A stretch of DNA of 63,579 nucleotides, counting the filler, from Dugesia japonica (Eukaryota), in NCBI GenBank assembly GCA_001938525.1. It is 6 parts of 6 records of this genome, joined end to end, with 100 filler letters (N's around TTAATTAATTAA, not from the genome) between each part and the next. Parts side by side here need not be neighbours in the genome. Positions count along the whole stretch, not along the records: positions 10,725 to 19,439 come from MQRL01582339.1; positions 19,540 to 32,593 come from MQRL01608516.1; 4 more parts are not named here. One strand, 5' to 3'. Below the pieces are notes generated by a model, which had not been told where the DNA came from, searched no databases, and saw only the letters and a program-made list of their open reading frames with translations. Of the stretch, positions 13,237-27,000 are shown in pieces; the stretch's first letter is position 1, and every line of letters starts with the position of its first letter. A program made the position numbers and the translations under genes.

Positions 13237-14679
13237 NNNNNNNNNNNNNNNNNNNNNNNNNNNNNNNNNNNNNNNNNNNNNNNNNNNNNNNNNNNNNNNN
13301 NNNNNNNNNNNNNNNNNNNNNNNNNNNNNNNNNNNNNNNNNNNNNNNNNNNNNNNNNNNNNNNNNNNNNNNNNNNNNTAACAACCCCTGTCCACTGTATT
13401 TTTTGAATTTAAATAAAACAAAATTGTTTTTCTATTTATTCTTGTCATTTCATTTTGAATTTTGTGAGTGTTGTTTATTGATTTCTAAAAAAATAAAAGA
13501 AAATCGTCTAGTATTGAAAGAATTCTCTTAGAGATTTAAGTTGTCTGGTTAATTAATAATTACTAGTTAATTAGTAGTCAACCTAGGTGCATATCATGTA
13601 AACATTCCAAGTCAAATCAATCAATTACATTGATATTCATGTTAAATTAATAATATAACATAATGATATACAATAATATATATATTTACTCCATCTCATT
13701 AAAAAGTGGAGTTAAAAAAATTAAAAAACCAAGAAAATTTGTATTCGGGTTCCACCTTTTCCATTTTAACCAAAATTCTTTCAGAATATAATTCAAGCAA
13801 AAATCTTTGGTCTTCCAAAAAATTTGCCATTTTAAAATTCAAAAGTTTTCGAAAAGATTTTAATAAAATAGTTAATTAAAACAAATGTCAATTAGAAATG
13901 AAACAATTTATCTAAATTAAAATTAAATTTATAAAATCCACTTTTTTATTGGATGAAGTATAGGGTTAATAATAACAGACTCCATTATCGGTTATTTCCT
14001 ATTCAATTTTGAATGTATATTCATTTTATAAATAATTAATATTGTCGTATAATCATTTATTTCATCGAAATGTTTAAAGTTAAAATTACTATTTTATTTA
14101 AATAATAATTCTTCAAACAACATATTGCGCTTACATGTTTTTTTTTAAATGAATTTTTTATAATAATTAATAAACCGTTAAATAAAATTGTTCTTTTTTC
14201 CTTTATTTAAAAACAGATTGAATTTTCAAAAGTGAATGATTACTATCCTTTAACCTTTTAGAAATTGATAAAGTCTTTTTAGAATTTCTTTTGATATCAA
14301 TAGGATTTTGAGAATTTCCAGTTTCTTCAGGCAAATTTGTTCTCAATATTTCCACTGTAAAATTATGAATAATTATCTTTGATGGATGTTTGAAATGTGA
14401 ATCGAATTCGTGAAATCCAGAATCCTTTAGATGTTATATATTAATTGTTTGAATTTTTTTATTTCTTCATTCTTTGATTATTTAAAGTAATAATAAATTG
14501 TATTCCTCAGAAAAACCGTTTTTTTGACTTCTAGCTTCATTATGCAGATATTTAATAATTCTCTCAGGTTCTAAAATAGTCGTAGAAAGTTTTGATAGTG
14601 AATGTGCTAGGTCTAAAATACTAATTATTGCATTCAATGTTATATTGCCAGTGTTGTTTGAATTTNGTGTTTTTTCCTA

Positions 14680-15100
14680 AATATAAACCGACCCGCATAT
14701 AAGATGATCCTCCAAATTTGGTTGAAATAAATGTCCAAAATAGATGACTTGCGTATATACCGACGTTTCAAAAATAAAATTTTGTGAATATTTAATTATA
14801 CAACTTTAAGTTTAAAAGCAGCATCATGTGATGACCGCTTCTGTGTAATGGCACCAAAATGCATTGTACTGACTTCGATAAGCAAAAAAATAAACAGAAA
14901 GTATTAATAATTTAATTTAATTTATTCTGTATATCAATTTACAACATATCAATTAGTAATTGACACATTACATTTTTTATCAATTAATTATTGAATCATA
15001 ATTATTTTTAAAAAAAACGTAGGTTCGCGTATAAACCGAGCCATCAACTTTGAAAAAAAAATTAATCCAAAATTACTTCACTTAGTATATGCGAGTATAT
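14680..15100. mobile_element. Degraded Tc1/pogo-type non-autonomous element
   Basis: Repeated GC(A/G)TATAA(A/G)CCGA-like subterminal motifs and a TATGCGAGTATATA end resembling pogo-family TIRs. Confidence 0.4.
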
Positions 15101-16514
15101 AACAAATATATATCAATATTGTTTATTGAATTTATTTTCTTTAGTAGTTGGTAGTGTTTTGTTAGTGATCGTATCATAACTACTTAAGTGTTTGGAAAAC
15201 TATTTATTGTATGTCAATGACGGCAAAGTTACCAATTTATTTGTTGTGTTTGTTGAAACAATAATAATTAATTTTTTGAATTATTTGATTTTCATTACTC
15301 ATCTAGTTTTGAAATTCAAAATTATAAATTTTACTTAATTTTAGTTTTAAAATTTCACTTTTCAATTTAGTTTTGTGCTTTGTTTAGCAAAGTGTATATA
15401 GTTATTTGAAATTGCTCATTCTCATGAGCATACATGTTATCATCATTTTTTTCTCAATAACTTGATTGTATCTATATTTTTAGCTCTGCAAATGAAATTT
15501 CACTTTCGATATTTACTTTACTTTGCTTTTAATCGAGGTCAAAATCTACGGAAGCAGCAAGAGACATTTGTGTCTTGTATAAATATTATACCATACCTGT
15601 GCGGACTTCTCAAAATTGGTATAANAATTTTAAAAATGGTAATTTTGAGCTCTACAAAAAGCCTTGCTTTGTTCGAACATCCAAATTTGACGGAAAATGT
15701 CTGCAAATGCTTTTGAGGAAGGATAAGATGAAAGGTAGAGACTATATATTTGATTAATTTGTTATTTGTAAATAATAAAATAATAGTTAATTATTTAATA
15801 AAAGAAATGTGGGATCTTATTTACCAACTAAATATAATTTGAAATTAAGATTTATAACTTTAGTTCTTTATGTTATTATTTCAGTTTTGTGATTTTAGTT
15901 CTGTAGTATTGTAGTTTGAAAGTGTAATTTTTGTTTTCTACTTTACGTGTTGCTAATTTTTGAGGTATTGAAATGTTAATTTTACTTTTGAAAATATCAT
16001 TTTGAAATTAGTGATCATTTTGAAATTTATAATTTGAATTTATTTTGTTTTGATTTTCTTTATTCAATTTGCATCTGTATTGCATTGACCAATCAAAAGC
16101 GTTCAATTTTACACACAAATATGTATATTATTAGAATGTATTTTTATTAAATCTGGTACTTATATTTTCATTTAGAGCTTTTAAAAATTCGTTGTATTTT
16201 CGTGAGTGGATTTTGGTTGATTTGCTTTTATTTATAGGAAAAAATAAATGTTAACGTATTACGGTTTCAAAAATAAAACTTAAATTTACTACGAATTTAA
16301 ATTTTATTTATTTATTTTATTTACAAAATTTTATTTATTACAAATAAAAAATCATCGATTACAAATATAATTATAAACATAATCAAATAGAAAACCATAA
16401 AATAATGTCATAAATATTTAAAGAAAAAGCTATTTTTTACATCGGAGACGAAGCTATTTTCAAAAAAGTTGGTTGATTATTTGCTTTCATTCAGAAATAT
16501 GTCCGCTTACAATT

Positions 16515-16618
16515 TCATATTTCATTTAAATTATCGCTAGAAAGATCCATAAATTGAAAGGCTGAAGAATCATACCATTTTGAATTCATTGAGGATCCTT
16601 AATAATAATAATGATGGT

Positions 16619-16673
<55 letters not shown>

Positions 16674-18148
16674 TAAAAAAAATTAATAATGATAATATTA
16701 ATATTAATAAATTTATAATATAAATAATTAAATAAATAAATAATATAAATAAATTATAAATAATAATATAAATCCCGTATTTAGTTATATGAATTTAATC
16801 ACTTATTAAATAACACTTAGTGTAGTAAAATCATTTATCTTTTAACAAATATTTTCTGATTAACGCTTTCCGCTAAGTATTGTTACAACTTTATTTTAAT
16901 ATTATTTTTTTGGTATAAATATATTTTATAATATTATACTATTATTTTTATCATTATTATAATTAATAATAATAATCAAGAATCAGTTAATTAAAATTTG
17001 TTACATTCAACAACGAAATTAAATAATGACCAAATATATTTCATTTAGAAATTCAAAATTTTAAAACATTTTTTAATTTAGAAAAGTTTTTAAAAAAATT
17101 ATTTAATTTATTTAACTTTTTTTATAATTTAAAAAAGTGAAGTAAATATTGAATTTACTTGTATTTACTGGTCTTGGACCGGATTTTAAACCATTTGGTT
17201 GAGTATCAAATTTATCATTTTCATCATTTTCTATAGTTTCATTTTCTGGTGAATTATTATTCACAGGTTCAAGATTTGTTTTTTCAGCAATTTCTGGAAC
17301 AATTGGTTCTTCTTTTGATGTCTGAACATTTGTAAATTAAATATAGAAATTTTAACTATTGGAAAAAAATGAATGTTTTATTTAAGAGTTATTGAAAAAG
17401 TAAAATGAGAATTAAGAAAGATTATTTTTATATAATCATTTGTTGTTTATAATTATTTAGTTTATTGTTACATTTAAAATAATTTCCCGACAAAATTATC
17501 ACTTTGAAATAAGATTAAATTGTATTCGGAAAAAATAGAAAACTTCAATCAAATTTTTTTTTATTTGAATAATATACCGAAATTTTCTCTATCAATTGTC
17601 TGTATCAAACGATAACTAGTTAAAGCACACACACAAAATGAGAAAATCAAATGTCTAAAAATTCAGCATTAATGTAACATTTGTTTTAACTTACAAAAGT
17701 TGTATAGGTCACTACCATAACGATAATTTACCCTTATAATTAAAAATAATGAACGCACATGACTAGCTTAAAGTCAATTTTTGTTATTTTTATTAATAAT
17801 TTATTTGAATAAAATTTTTAATTAAGATTAAACAAACTCAAAAAACGCTGTAACGCTAAATAAAGAAAAAATTTTTTAATGAAGCTTAAAAAATTATCCA
17901 AACTATTCCTTTGAAAATAAGTTTAGGTACGGCTCTAAAAAAAAAATTATGATTTTAAATTAAAATTCTCAATCAAAGTTTTATTTAAAAAAAATTACTC
18001 AAAATCAAAGCAAAAATCTTTTCAGAAAAATTGATAGATAAAATATGAGATAAATACCTAATTAATCCGTAGTTATTAGATCCCTATCGTGTTGCTTTTA
18101 CAGAATGAATTTTAAAGAAAAAGCTTAATCAGTATTTTCTACTTGTAA

Positions 18149-18204
<56 letters not shown>

Positions 18205-18254
18205 NNNNNNNNNNNNNNNNNNNNNNNNNNNNNNNNNNNNNNNNNNNNNNNNNN

Positions 18255-18312
<58 letters not shown>

Positions 18313-19352
18313 TAATAATTAATAATTTATAATTTATAATTAATAATAATTTATTATTTTTAAAATACACACTTCACAAAATATTCAATTCTAAATAATC
18401 AAACAAAATTTTTTTGCTAAATTATTTTAATACTGACAAAACATATCGGCCATAATAATCAATATGAAATTTATTAAAATTATTTAGGAAATATTGATTT
18501 CGATGATTTAAAAATAGGATTTTCATTTTAAACTCGTAACAGTAAACTCGTAATTTAGCAAAAAAATTTTGTTTGATTATTTAGAATGGAATATTTTGTG
18601 AAGTGTGTATTTTAAAAATAATAAATTATTATTAATTATAAATTATAATTTTATTTATAATCAATACACTAAGGTATCTAAGGTCAACTCATATTTTATA
18701 ATAAAATATTTGACCAAACTCACGCAACTGTTGGCTTAGTAATAATTAACCCTAAAACTATTTCAACACAATCATAAATAAATATGAAAACTTGTGTTAT
18801 CGTAATTGAAAATGAGAGATTATTTTATTGATAAAAATACATTTAAAACATATTTAATACAAAATAAGCTGTACAATATAGATAAACGTGAATATCAGAA
18901 GATCTATAAACTTTGGAACAAAAGCCTTAAAATATTTATAATCTGAAAAATAAATTTAAATATATATTATTCTATTTATTTAAACTTTTTATTCAATTAT
19001 GTTTATATTCTACCTTCTTTAAAAAGAATTGCATCCTTTTAAGAAAGTGTGTAGGAATAAAGTGTTTGTCATTTATTGGATTTTTTCTTGTTTCACTTTA
19101 CTGATTTATTTTTATTAATTTTCTTATTGAGAATAGAATTATTAAACTGAAATTATTTTGTTAAAACAAAGAAATAATTTTGAAAAAATAAAAAAAAAAT
19201 TTTCTAAACAAAAGTCAAACCTGAGCAGTGAAATCAATTGTAACCGAAGGTTCTTTTTTCTTTTTCATTCCACATAAAATTAATGCAACAATAATCACGC
19301 TAAACCCGCATATTGCTGATCCAACGTAGAAAATTATTAGTAGATTTTGTTC
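16515..19352 (-). CDS. 3' exons of a host single-pass (type I-like) membrane protein; exons 19352-19221, 17321-17159, 16597-16515
   Basis: Canonical AG/GT sites with compatible phases (0,1) give EQNLLIIFYVGSAICGFSVIIVALILCGMKKKKEPSVTIDFTAQ-TSKEEPIVPEIAEK...GPRPVNT-RSSMNSKWYDSSAFQFMDLSSDNLNEI*: TM helix, KKKK stop-transfer, acidic tail. The 5' part lies beyond the scaffold end. Confidence 0.75.
18327..18648. repeat. Inverted repeat / foldback (98-bp arms, 126-bp spacer)
   Basis: 18327-18424 is the reverse complement of 18551-18648 with one mismatch. Confidence 0.85.
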
Positions 19353-19370
19353 CTATAGAAATATGATGAA

Positions 19371-19439
<69 letters not shown>

Positions 19440-19539
19440 NNNNNNNNNNNNNNNNNNNNNNNNNNNNNNNNNNNNNNNNNNNNTTAATTAATTAANNNNN
19501 NNNNNNNNNNNNNNNNNNNNNNNNNNNNNNNNNNNNNNN
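19440..19539. other. Artificial scaffold linker
   Basis: 44 N + TTAATTAATTAA (19484-19495) + 44 N. Confidence 0.97.
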
Positions 19540-19639
19540 TAATTTGTATTTTTAAAAAACCAATTTTAATATTATATATAAAAACTAAAAAATCTCAGAT
19601 ATTTGAAATTCATAAATCGATACTCACAAAAATCATTCC

Positions 19640-20280
19640 AGATGTCAAAAGCGAATTTAAAAGTTATCGTTTTCCAACATAATCCATCAAATTCGAGACC
19701 TATATAATTTCTACCAAGATAACAAAGAAATTTATTTTGAGATTCTGGAGACAGCGCAACTAATTTTCTAAATGTAATAAATCATTCTTCTTCAGGCACA
19801 AAAAGAAGTGCCATAAATTGAAGGATTACATTTTTAAATTGTTGATCACTTGAAGTAATATATGATCTTGATAAGCCTATCTCATGTATTTTTTCTCCAC
19901 AATGATTGATTAAAATGAAAGAAAAATCTTCATACCAGGCATTTTGAAAAGATTTGTCTTATTGTATTCATTGGTGAAATTTCAAAATTCATCATTAAAG
20001 TCTCTGGTATGAATGAGAGACCAGTGTTATGAGCGGCTTCTTTAATATGTCTAAAGATTTTTTATACGTATTTGCTGACTTTCTCAAACAAAGAACATAG
20101 ACGAAAGGAAACGTATGGCCAAGTATGTCTTCGTGTATAGTATATAGTTGAAAAAATATTGACAGCACTGTATCAAAAGTACCTTCGACGTGCAAATGTA
20201 GAAATCAAGTTTATAGGAAATTTATTTGATCGGAAATGTATTTTATAGAAAATTTATTTTATAGGAAATGTCTGTGGATC
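19640..20280 (-). mobile_element. Mutator/MULE transposon remnant
   Basis: HVEGTF...FFQLYTIH...FPFVYVLC..K..TY (MULE DGTF/QLYTIH block) in ORF 19995-20195; later FHFNQSLWRKIHEIGL-like block; TIR-like ATAGGAAAT array ending GGATC at 20280. Confidence 0.8.
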
Positions 20281-21068
20281 ATGTAAAGTGGCACGGATAT
20301 CAAAAACCTACACGAATATTAGTCTCGCGGTTAGTTAAATAAATAATGAATAAATATCGAATACTTAAACTTTTTAAAGCCTTCATTATAAGGAATTGAT
20401 AAAATAAATGGCTCAGCTCAATTTGACAAAGTGTTATCAACTTCAGAATTATTCAACAAAGTTTCAACCTTTTTATCTATAGATCAAAAAGTATTTTTNN
20501 NNNNNNNNNNNNNNNNNNNNNNNNNNNNNNNNNNNNNNNNNNNNNNNNNNNNNNNNNNNNNNNNNNNTTCGAGAGTTGTAATTGGTTTATTCAATTTATT
20601 TAATCAACTCCTGAAGAAGATAAAAATTGGGTCGAAGAAAATTAAATTTTTGAAATTGTTAACCCTAATAAAAATTAAAAAACATTTTAAACCTAATCCT
20701 TAGTTAAATTTCTTCATTTTGAAAATATTTAATTTATTTTTAAAAAAATTAAATATTTAAACATAATGGACTTTTCTACTGTAAATGTAAACAAAAAATC
20801 ACTAGTTTCATTTTATTTAAACAAACAATTTAATTCCCGGTCGATTACATAATAAATGACATAATTAATTTTATATCGTCCCCCCCAATGAAAAATTCCT
20901 GGATCCGTCGTTGGGTTTGGGCGCATATGATTTTATTAGTTTTTTGAAAATAATTGTTTATGTTATCACTTGCTTCTGAAAATAAAAAAAATATTTCTTT
21001 TTTGGTGCATGTTTAACTTAGAATTTGAACTATTCAAATAAATTATTGATATTTATTTTAGAAAATAG

Positions 21069-24000
21069 ATGGATTTTCTTATTCTAATGAGCAATTTAGT
21101 AATGATATTCCTAAAGATAATCAATTTTCAAAGTATCGAAGTCGTGTTCCTGCTGGTTCATTAGGTANATATTTTCGATGCTTTGTTTTATTTGATTTGC
21201 AATATATGCCAAAATAAACTAATTATTAATATTTATTATATAATCAGAATTCATTACAAATATATAAATACGAATGTTATGATAATCAAATACTTCAGTT
21301 TCAGAACACTTTAAATCCATTTTACAAAATTTATTCAATCGCAAAATTATTTCACTTGAAACCTCATATTTTGATATATTTCTTCTTCAATCGCTGCTTA
21401 TCAGCACAATCTCAAAATATCAATAACAACTAATTTCATCTAAATAAGATGTTTATTACAAATTTACAATAATTACTTAATTGCAATCAAATGCAAAATA
21501 CTTAATATTTTTCAAATTTGTATGTACAATATTTAAAAGCCACCAATAAAATTCACAATAACTTATAAAATTTCAAAACGTCTAGTTATTCCTTGCAACT
21601 AATATTTTTCGAATGGAGTTATTCTCATTTTGACATAGTGTGGGTTGTTGAGCTTCATTTTCAAGCTAACCATTCGTGTATAATTACCAATAATTAATAA
21701 TTTTATCATTAATCAATCAATTNATCTATTNCCAGATATTTACGTGTAAAAGCCCTGAGTTTTACATAGGAAACAAGGCATTTTTNNAACTAAATGTGTT
21801 CANTAAATATAGGCCATGGTCTNATAAATGGAATCAGCAAATTTATTTTACAAATAATAAAATTAATAATTTACGAATAATTAAATAATCTCACTGTTAA
21901 ACTTAATAAATCTTGATCTCATGTGGAAAATATCAAGAACAAATAATTAAAACGCGGCAAGTATTTATTCATTATTTTTACCATTTTCGATATCATATTC
22001 ATTAGTTAGAACTGATTCATCATCAAAATCTTCGAATATTTCAATATATTCATCATTATCTGTTTCATGTTTCTCGTCAACATTTTCTTACTCAATTTCT
22101 TCTGAAATCTGAATAGAAGAACTGATCGCAATTTATTGTTTAAATTTATACACGGAACTTGTTCATCTTCCATTAAATCGCCGACAATAACACTTTTGTG
22201 ACATATTCCAACCTGATTGAATTTATTGCTATTGAAACAAAGTTGACAATTGAATGCCAATCTGGCTTTTTCTGATATTATTTCGGAGTTTAGTCTTTTG
22301 GACATTTACCATATAATTATCCCATTCTAATTCCATGGTTGTTTTAAAAGGAGCATTAATCGATATATCCGAAGGCTTTAAATAATGAGTGTTTTTTTGA
22401 CGGATTTAATTTAACAGCTGTGTTCAAACTTTTAAGAGCCGAAACTATACTTGATTTGAGTACCAGATTCATCCATCAATGGTAAACATTTTGTAATGAC
22501 CAAGTGGTATCCAAAATTGCGAAAGTATTATTGTATCCAATTCAACATTATGGATTCGTTATCGATCCTATCATAGAAACTTTTAATGTAATATTCGCTG
22601 ATACTCTAATTTTTGGCACGTTTAAAGCTTTTTTAGAATAACCATTGTCTTTATTAGCAAGAAAAACGTTATCCTCATCTAAAATTTATTTAAGACAAAG
22701 TCGCTATCAAATAAAAAACTAATTAGAAAAGTTTCAATATTCAAACAAATATGCGCAATAATTANTTTAATTATTTTCTTGAAATATTTTAAATTTCAAA
22801 GATTTTATAAATATTTTAATTGCGCATATAAATTTGAAATTAAACAATTCAAATACCATTCTCACATACCCCTTGTTTAAGGAATCTTCTGATCTTTTCA
22901 ACATTTCTTTTCATTGTCCGGCCCAGATAATCTCGAACCAGATATCTTCGGTCATGTATCTTTTTTACTACTAAAAATGGACCTACAAAACGATCCTGAT
23001 CATTATTTCTTGTTTCCTCCTTGATAAGCACTGTATCTCCAATAGCGAAAGTTCTTTTAGTTGGGTACGTAACTTTTGGTTTCTTGTCTACCTTCTCGAA
23101 CTCTAGTTGTCTAGGTGGAAACTACCTTTCTCTGCTGATTTTTCTACCAAACACCGTTTCCACCGGGCTTTTACCTGTTATTTTCTGTACTGTCGCATTC
23201 ATCGCAAATTCGATCTCTGGTAGAATTTCTGCCCAATTCTTGGCCTTTCTGTCTGCTATTGATGCCCCAATCCAATCTCTGATAGTCCGAAATTGCCTTT
23301 CTACCTGTCCATTCGTATTGTGGTGATAAGGACTTGAGGAACATAGTTCAATATTCATCTCATCTGCAAATTTCTTTATTCTTTGTGATTCAAATACCTT
23401 TCCACAATATGTATGAATATATCTCGGAGCTCCTACCTTTAATATCCAGTTATCCTTCAATACACGAGTTATTGACTCTTTATCTTGTTTTGCTGTTGCT
23501 GTCAATGATATATATTTACTATTCTGGTCGATAATAGCTACGATATATTTATTTTTATGGAACGTTTCTGGCCATGGTCCTGCTATATCAATATATATTC
23601 TCTCAAACGGCCTCGCCAACTCGGATTTTATAGTTTCTTCTTTAGTTTTATTTGTTATCACCTTCACTCGCTGACATGCTTTGCATCTGTCCACGCTTTC
23701 CTTTACATATACCCACAACCTAGTCATGTCATAATGTTCTCTAATATATTTGGCAACTTTTTCTGTTCCTCCATGTGCTAGCAACTGATGCATTTCTCTG
23801 ATCATATCCGATTTTCTATCTGTTGGTATCCAAATCTTTCNGTTTTGTGTTAATATCTGACCATCTATCCATTGAAATCTCTCTTCCTTACCATCTTTGA
23901 TCTGCTCTCGTATTATTCGTATCTCTCTGCCATTTTGATGTCTCCTTTATTGTATTCAAATGTCTCGTTTTTAATTTGCCTCCTACAGTATTTTCGTGTG

Positions 24001-27000
24001 ACATCATGCATTGTACACAAGTGCCACATGCCTGCCTTTAGAGAAAATCAGCATTGCCATGTTTCTCGCATTTCCTATACTGTAAATCAATGTCTAATCC
24101 ACTTAGGTAATTAATCCAATTTTGAAACTGTGCCGTTATAGGTTTCTTTGTAGTTAACATAAACGTAATCGCCTTATGATCTGTTCGTAGAGGGAATCTT
24201 CGCCCATATAAGTAGTGACTGAAATGGTTGCAAAAATAGACTATCGCCCGCAATTCCTTTCTTGTTATACAGTACCCCAATTCGTGGTTATTCATTTCGT
24301 GTAATCCATACGCTATCACCATTTATTGTCCATTGTTGTCAATTAGTGATAATACGGCACCGATTGTATTGTAGCTTGCATCCGTATCCAGTATGCAGTC
24401 TCTCTTAACATCTGGAAACACTAAAATTGGTGGCTTCGTTAACGCTTCTTTCATATCTTTGAATGAATGTTCGCAACTCTGCGTCCATATTAACTTCTTA
24501 TTATTTACACTGCAGAGTTTTTCTAGCTCTCTAGCCTTCTTTGCGTAATCCTTTATGAATCTTCTGTAATAGCAATATATCACCAAGAAACTTCTTAATC
24601 CTTTTACGCATTTGGGCCTTTCATAGGTCTGTGTTGCCACCAATTTTGCTGGATCGGTTTGAACTCCTTTATCACTTATGATGTGTCCCAAAATTTTGAT
24701 CTATTTTCTTAGCAATTGACATTTTGACGGGCTCAAACGTAGTCCTGCTTGATGTATTTTACTAAATACTTAATACAGTGTTTTATAATGCTCTTCCAAG
24801 TTTTCTGAATATATTAGAATATCGTCTAAATACACCGTTATTCCTTTTGTGGTACCTAAAACCTTTGCCATGAGTTCCTGGAATGTCCCAGGTGCTGCAC
24901 CTATGCCAAACGGCATTATATTGAAGTATTGACCTGAATTGGTTGAAAAGGCTGTTTTATCTTTTGACTCCTCTCTAGCCCTACTTGATAGTAAGCATTA
25001 CCTAAATCTAATGAGCTGAAGAAATTGGACCCGCCTAATCTATCCAGAATCTCTTCTACATTTGGCATTGGAAATGCTTGTCTTTCCGTAATAGCGTTCA
25101 GGTGTTTATCTTATCCTCCAGGTTCATAGGTGTCCTCCATGGCTTAAAATTTATAGGTCCTCCTTTATTACTATTTTATGCTTCACCAGTTTTGTGCATC
25201 CTATGTCCTATTTGTATGTCATAAAGATATTTGAATGTTTTCTCATCAACTCCTTGATTGTGCCATTTTCCAATGTATTTATCTCACTCATAGCTTTTTG
25301 ACATCTTTCTTCATCTGTAATAATCCTTCCAAAATACGGCTCAATATTGCAAATTTGATCTTGATTATCTTTTTCTGCTGTATCTATCCAATGTAGTTCT
25401 AATCCAAAACTGGTCTGCAACTGTATGCCACCAATTATGCTAGGGATTGCCTTTTCCACAACTATGAAATTAATCCATCTAGTCGTATTGCTGATCCTCA
25501 CTTCTACCTGAAATTTTCCTTTGGTGCTTAATGAACTGTCGTTAGCGAACCGTAGTCTGTCCTTGGTTGTTAATAACGGGACATACTTGAAAGAATACCT
25601 CATTATCGGTAACGAATGAATTCGTCTAGGTCTTCAAAAACGCCTCTTGGCCTTTCCACCAGTAGTCGTAGCCTAGCCTCATACCCCTTGACTTTGTTTT
25701 CTGATGCTTCATATCTTTCTTCAAGCTTCGGGTCAATCATCTTACCCATTACAATTTCTTGTAAATCTTTGGGAATTTTGGCCGCTTTAAAGAATCGACC
25801 GACGTCCCTCAAGAATCTGTCCAGATTGTCGCTAACCTGAAAGGTATCGGGCGAAACAAATCTGTTACTAAGTTTGAACCTGGCGTGATCGCCATATTAG
25901 CAAGAAAAACACTGTCCTCATCTAACATTTATTTAAGACAAAGTCGCTATCAAATAAAAAACTAATTAGAAAAGTTTTAATATTCAAACAAATATGCGCA
26001 ATAATTACTTTAATTATTTTCTTGAAATATTTTAAATTTCAAAGATTTTATATATATTTTAATTGCGCATATAAATTTGAAATTAAACAATTCAAATATC
26101 ATTCTCACAGTCTTCTATATTCGTTCTGAAGCTGATGTACATAAAACAGCACTAAATCTCGATTTATTGTTCCCAGTACCAGTTGCTTCTGTATTTTTTT
26201 CTCCAACAAAAGATATAGTTTGAGATAACATCATATCAATATAGTATGTAGTTTCATCCTTATTAAACTGTCAAAATTTCTACTGCAAAAATGCTGAATA
26301 AAAATTTTTCTAATTTCTTTCAGAGAACGACTGTCTTTTTGGCCAATGTGTGTTATTATTCTCAATGAAAATCGATTTCGTTTTAAAAATCCAACAAATC
26401 TACTTACTTTCAATAAACGTAGATATTTTCAGCTCTTCCACCAACTTATGAGCTTCTTCTTTCAAGTAATGGTAGCTCACAACTCAACGATAGTTGATTT
26501 TTTTTCAATTCTTAGCCCGCCAGACAAACGATTCAATTTCTTCCAGCACTAATTCTACATAGATATCGATTAGGATTCAGTATTTTTTCCTTATCGTCTC
26601 CAATATTTTTAATCAACACCTATAATTTTTGGAGTTTTTGAAATATTTCCGTTGTTTTCTTTTATTAATTTAAGACCATTCTTCTATCCAATTTTTTTAA
26701 GAAGTTTTATTTTTTCCATTACTTGATATTTGTTCCGAAGATTTCATGATTAATTACGTTTTTAATTACTTAAATCAATTGACATATTACAAAATCATTA
26801 ATAATATTGTATTCGTCAATATAAGGATTAGAATAATTCGAATATCAAATGAAAGTAGTTTTTGATTAATTTTGAACACCAAATAAGAGCCCAGTTGCCA
26901 ATTAAAACCTCGTGGGCTTTCGATGTGGGGGGCTTTAACACGGAAATATCCGGCATTGCTAAAGTAAAAATATTGTAAAATTTTAAATAAGACTCGAAGT

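Larger units (their letters stand above)
22652..26109 (-). mobile_element. Ty3/Gypsy LTR retrotransposon (element G2), internally deleted
   Basis: 215-bp LTRs 25895-26109 and 22652-22866 (7 mismatches + 1 N by my count); TSD GTCTT at 22647-22651 and 26110-26114; RT YLDD, RNase H LDTDAS, integrase HGG..CKAC, IDIAGP, NGQVER; short purine tract before the 3' LTR. Confidence 0.95.
21732..26953 (-). mobile_element. pogo/Tigger-family DNA transposon (~1.76 kb net), split by Gypsy G2
   Basis: 24-bp TIRs 21732-21755 and 26930-26953 (3 mismatches); CENP-B-type HTH end FLKRNRFSLRIITHIGQK, NKDET (first catalytic D, ~26255) and THYLKPSDISINAPFK..W (~22325-22390) lie on either side of the G2 insertion. 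Confidence 0.88.
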
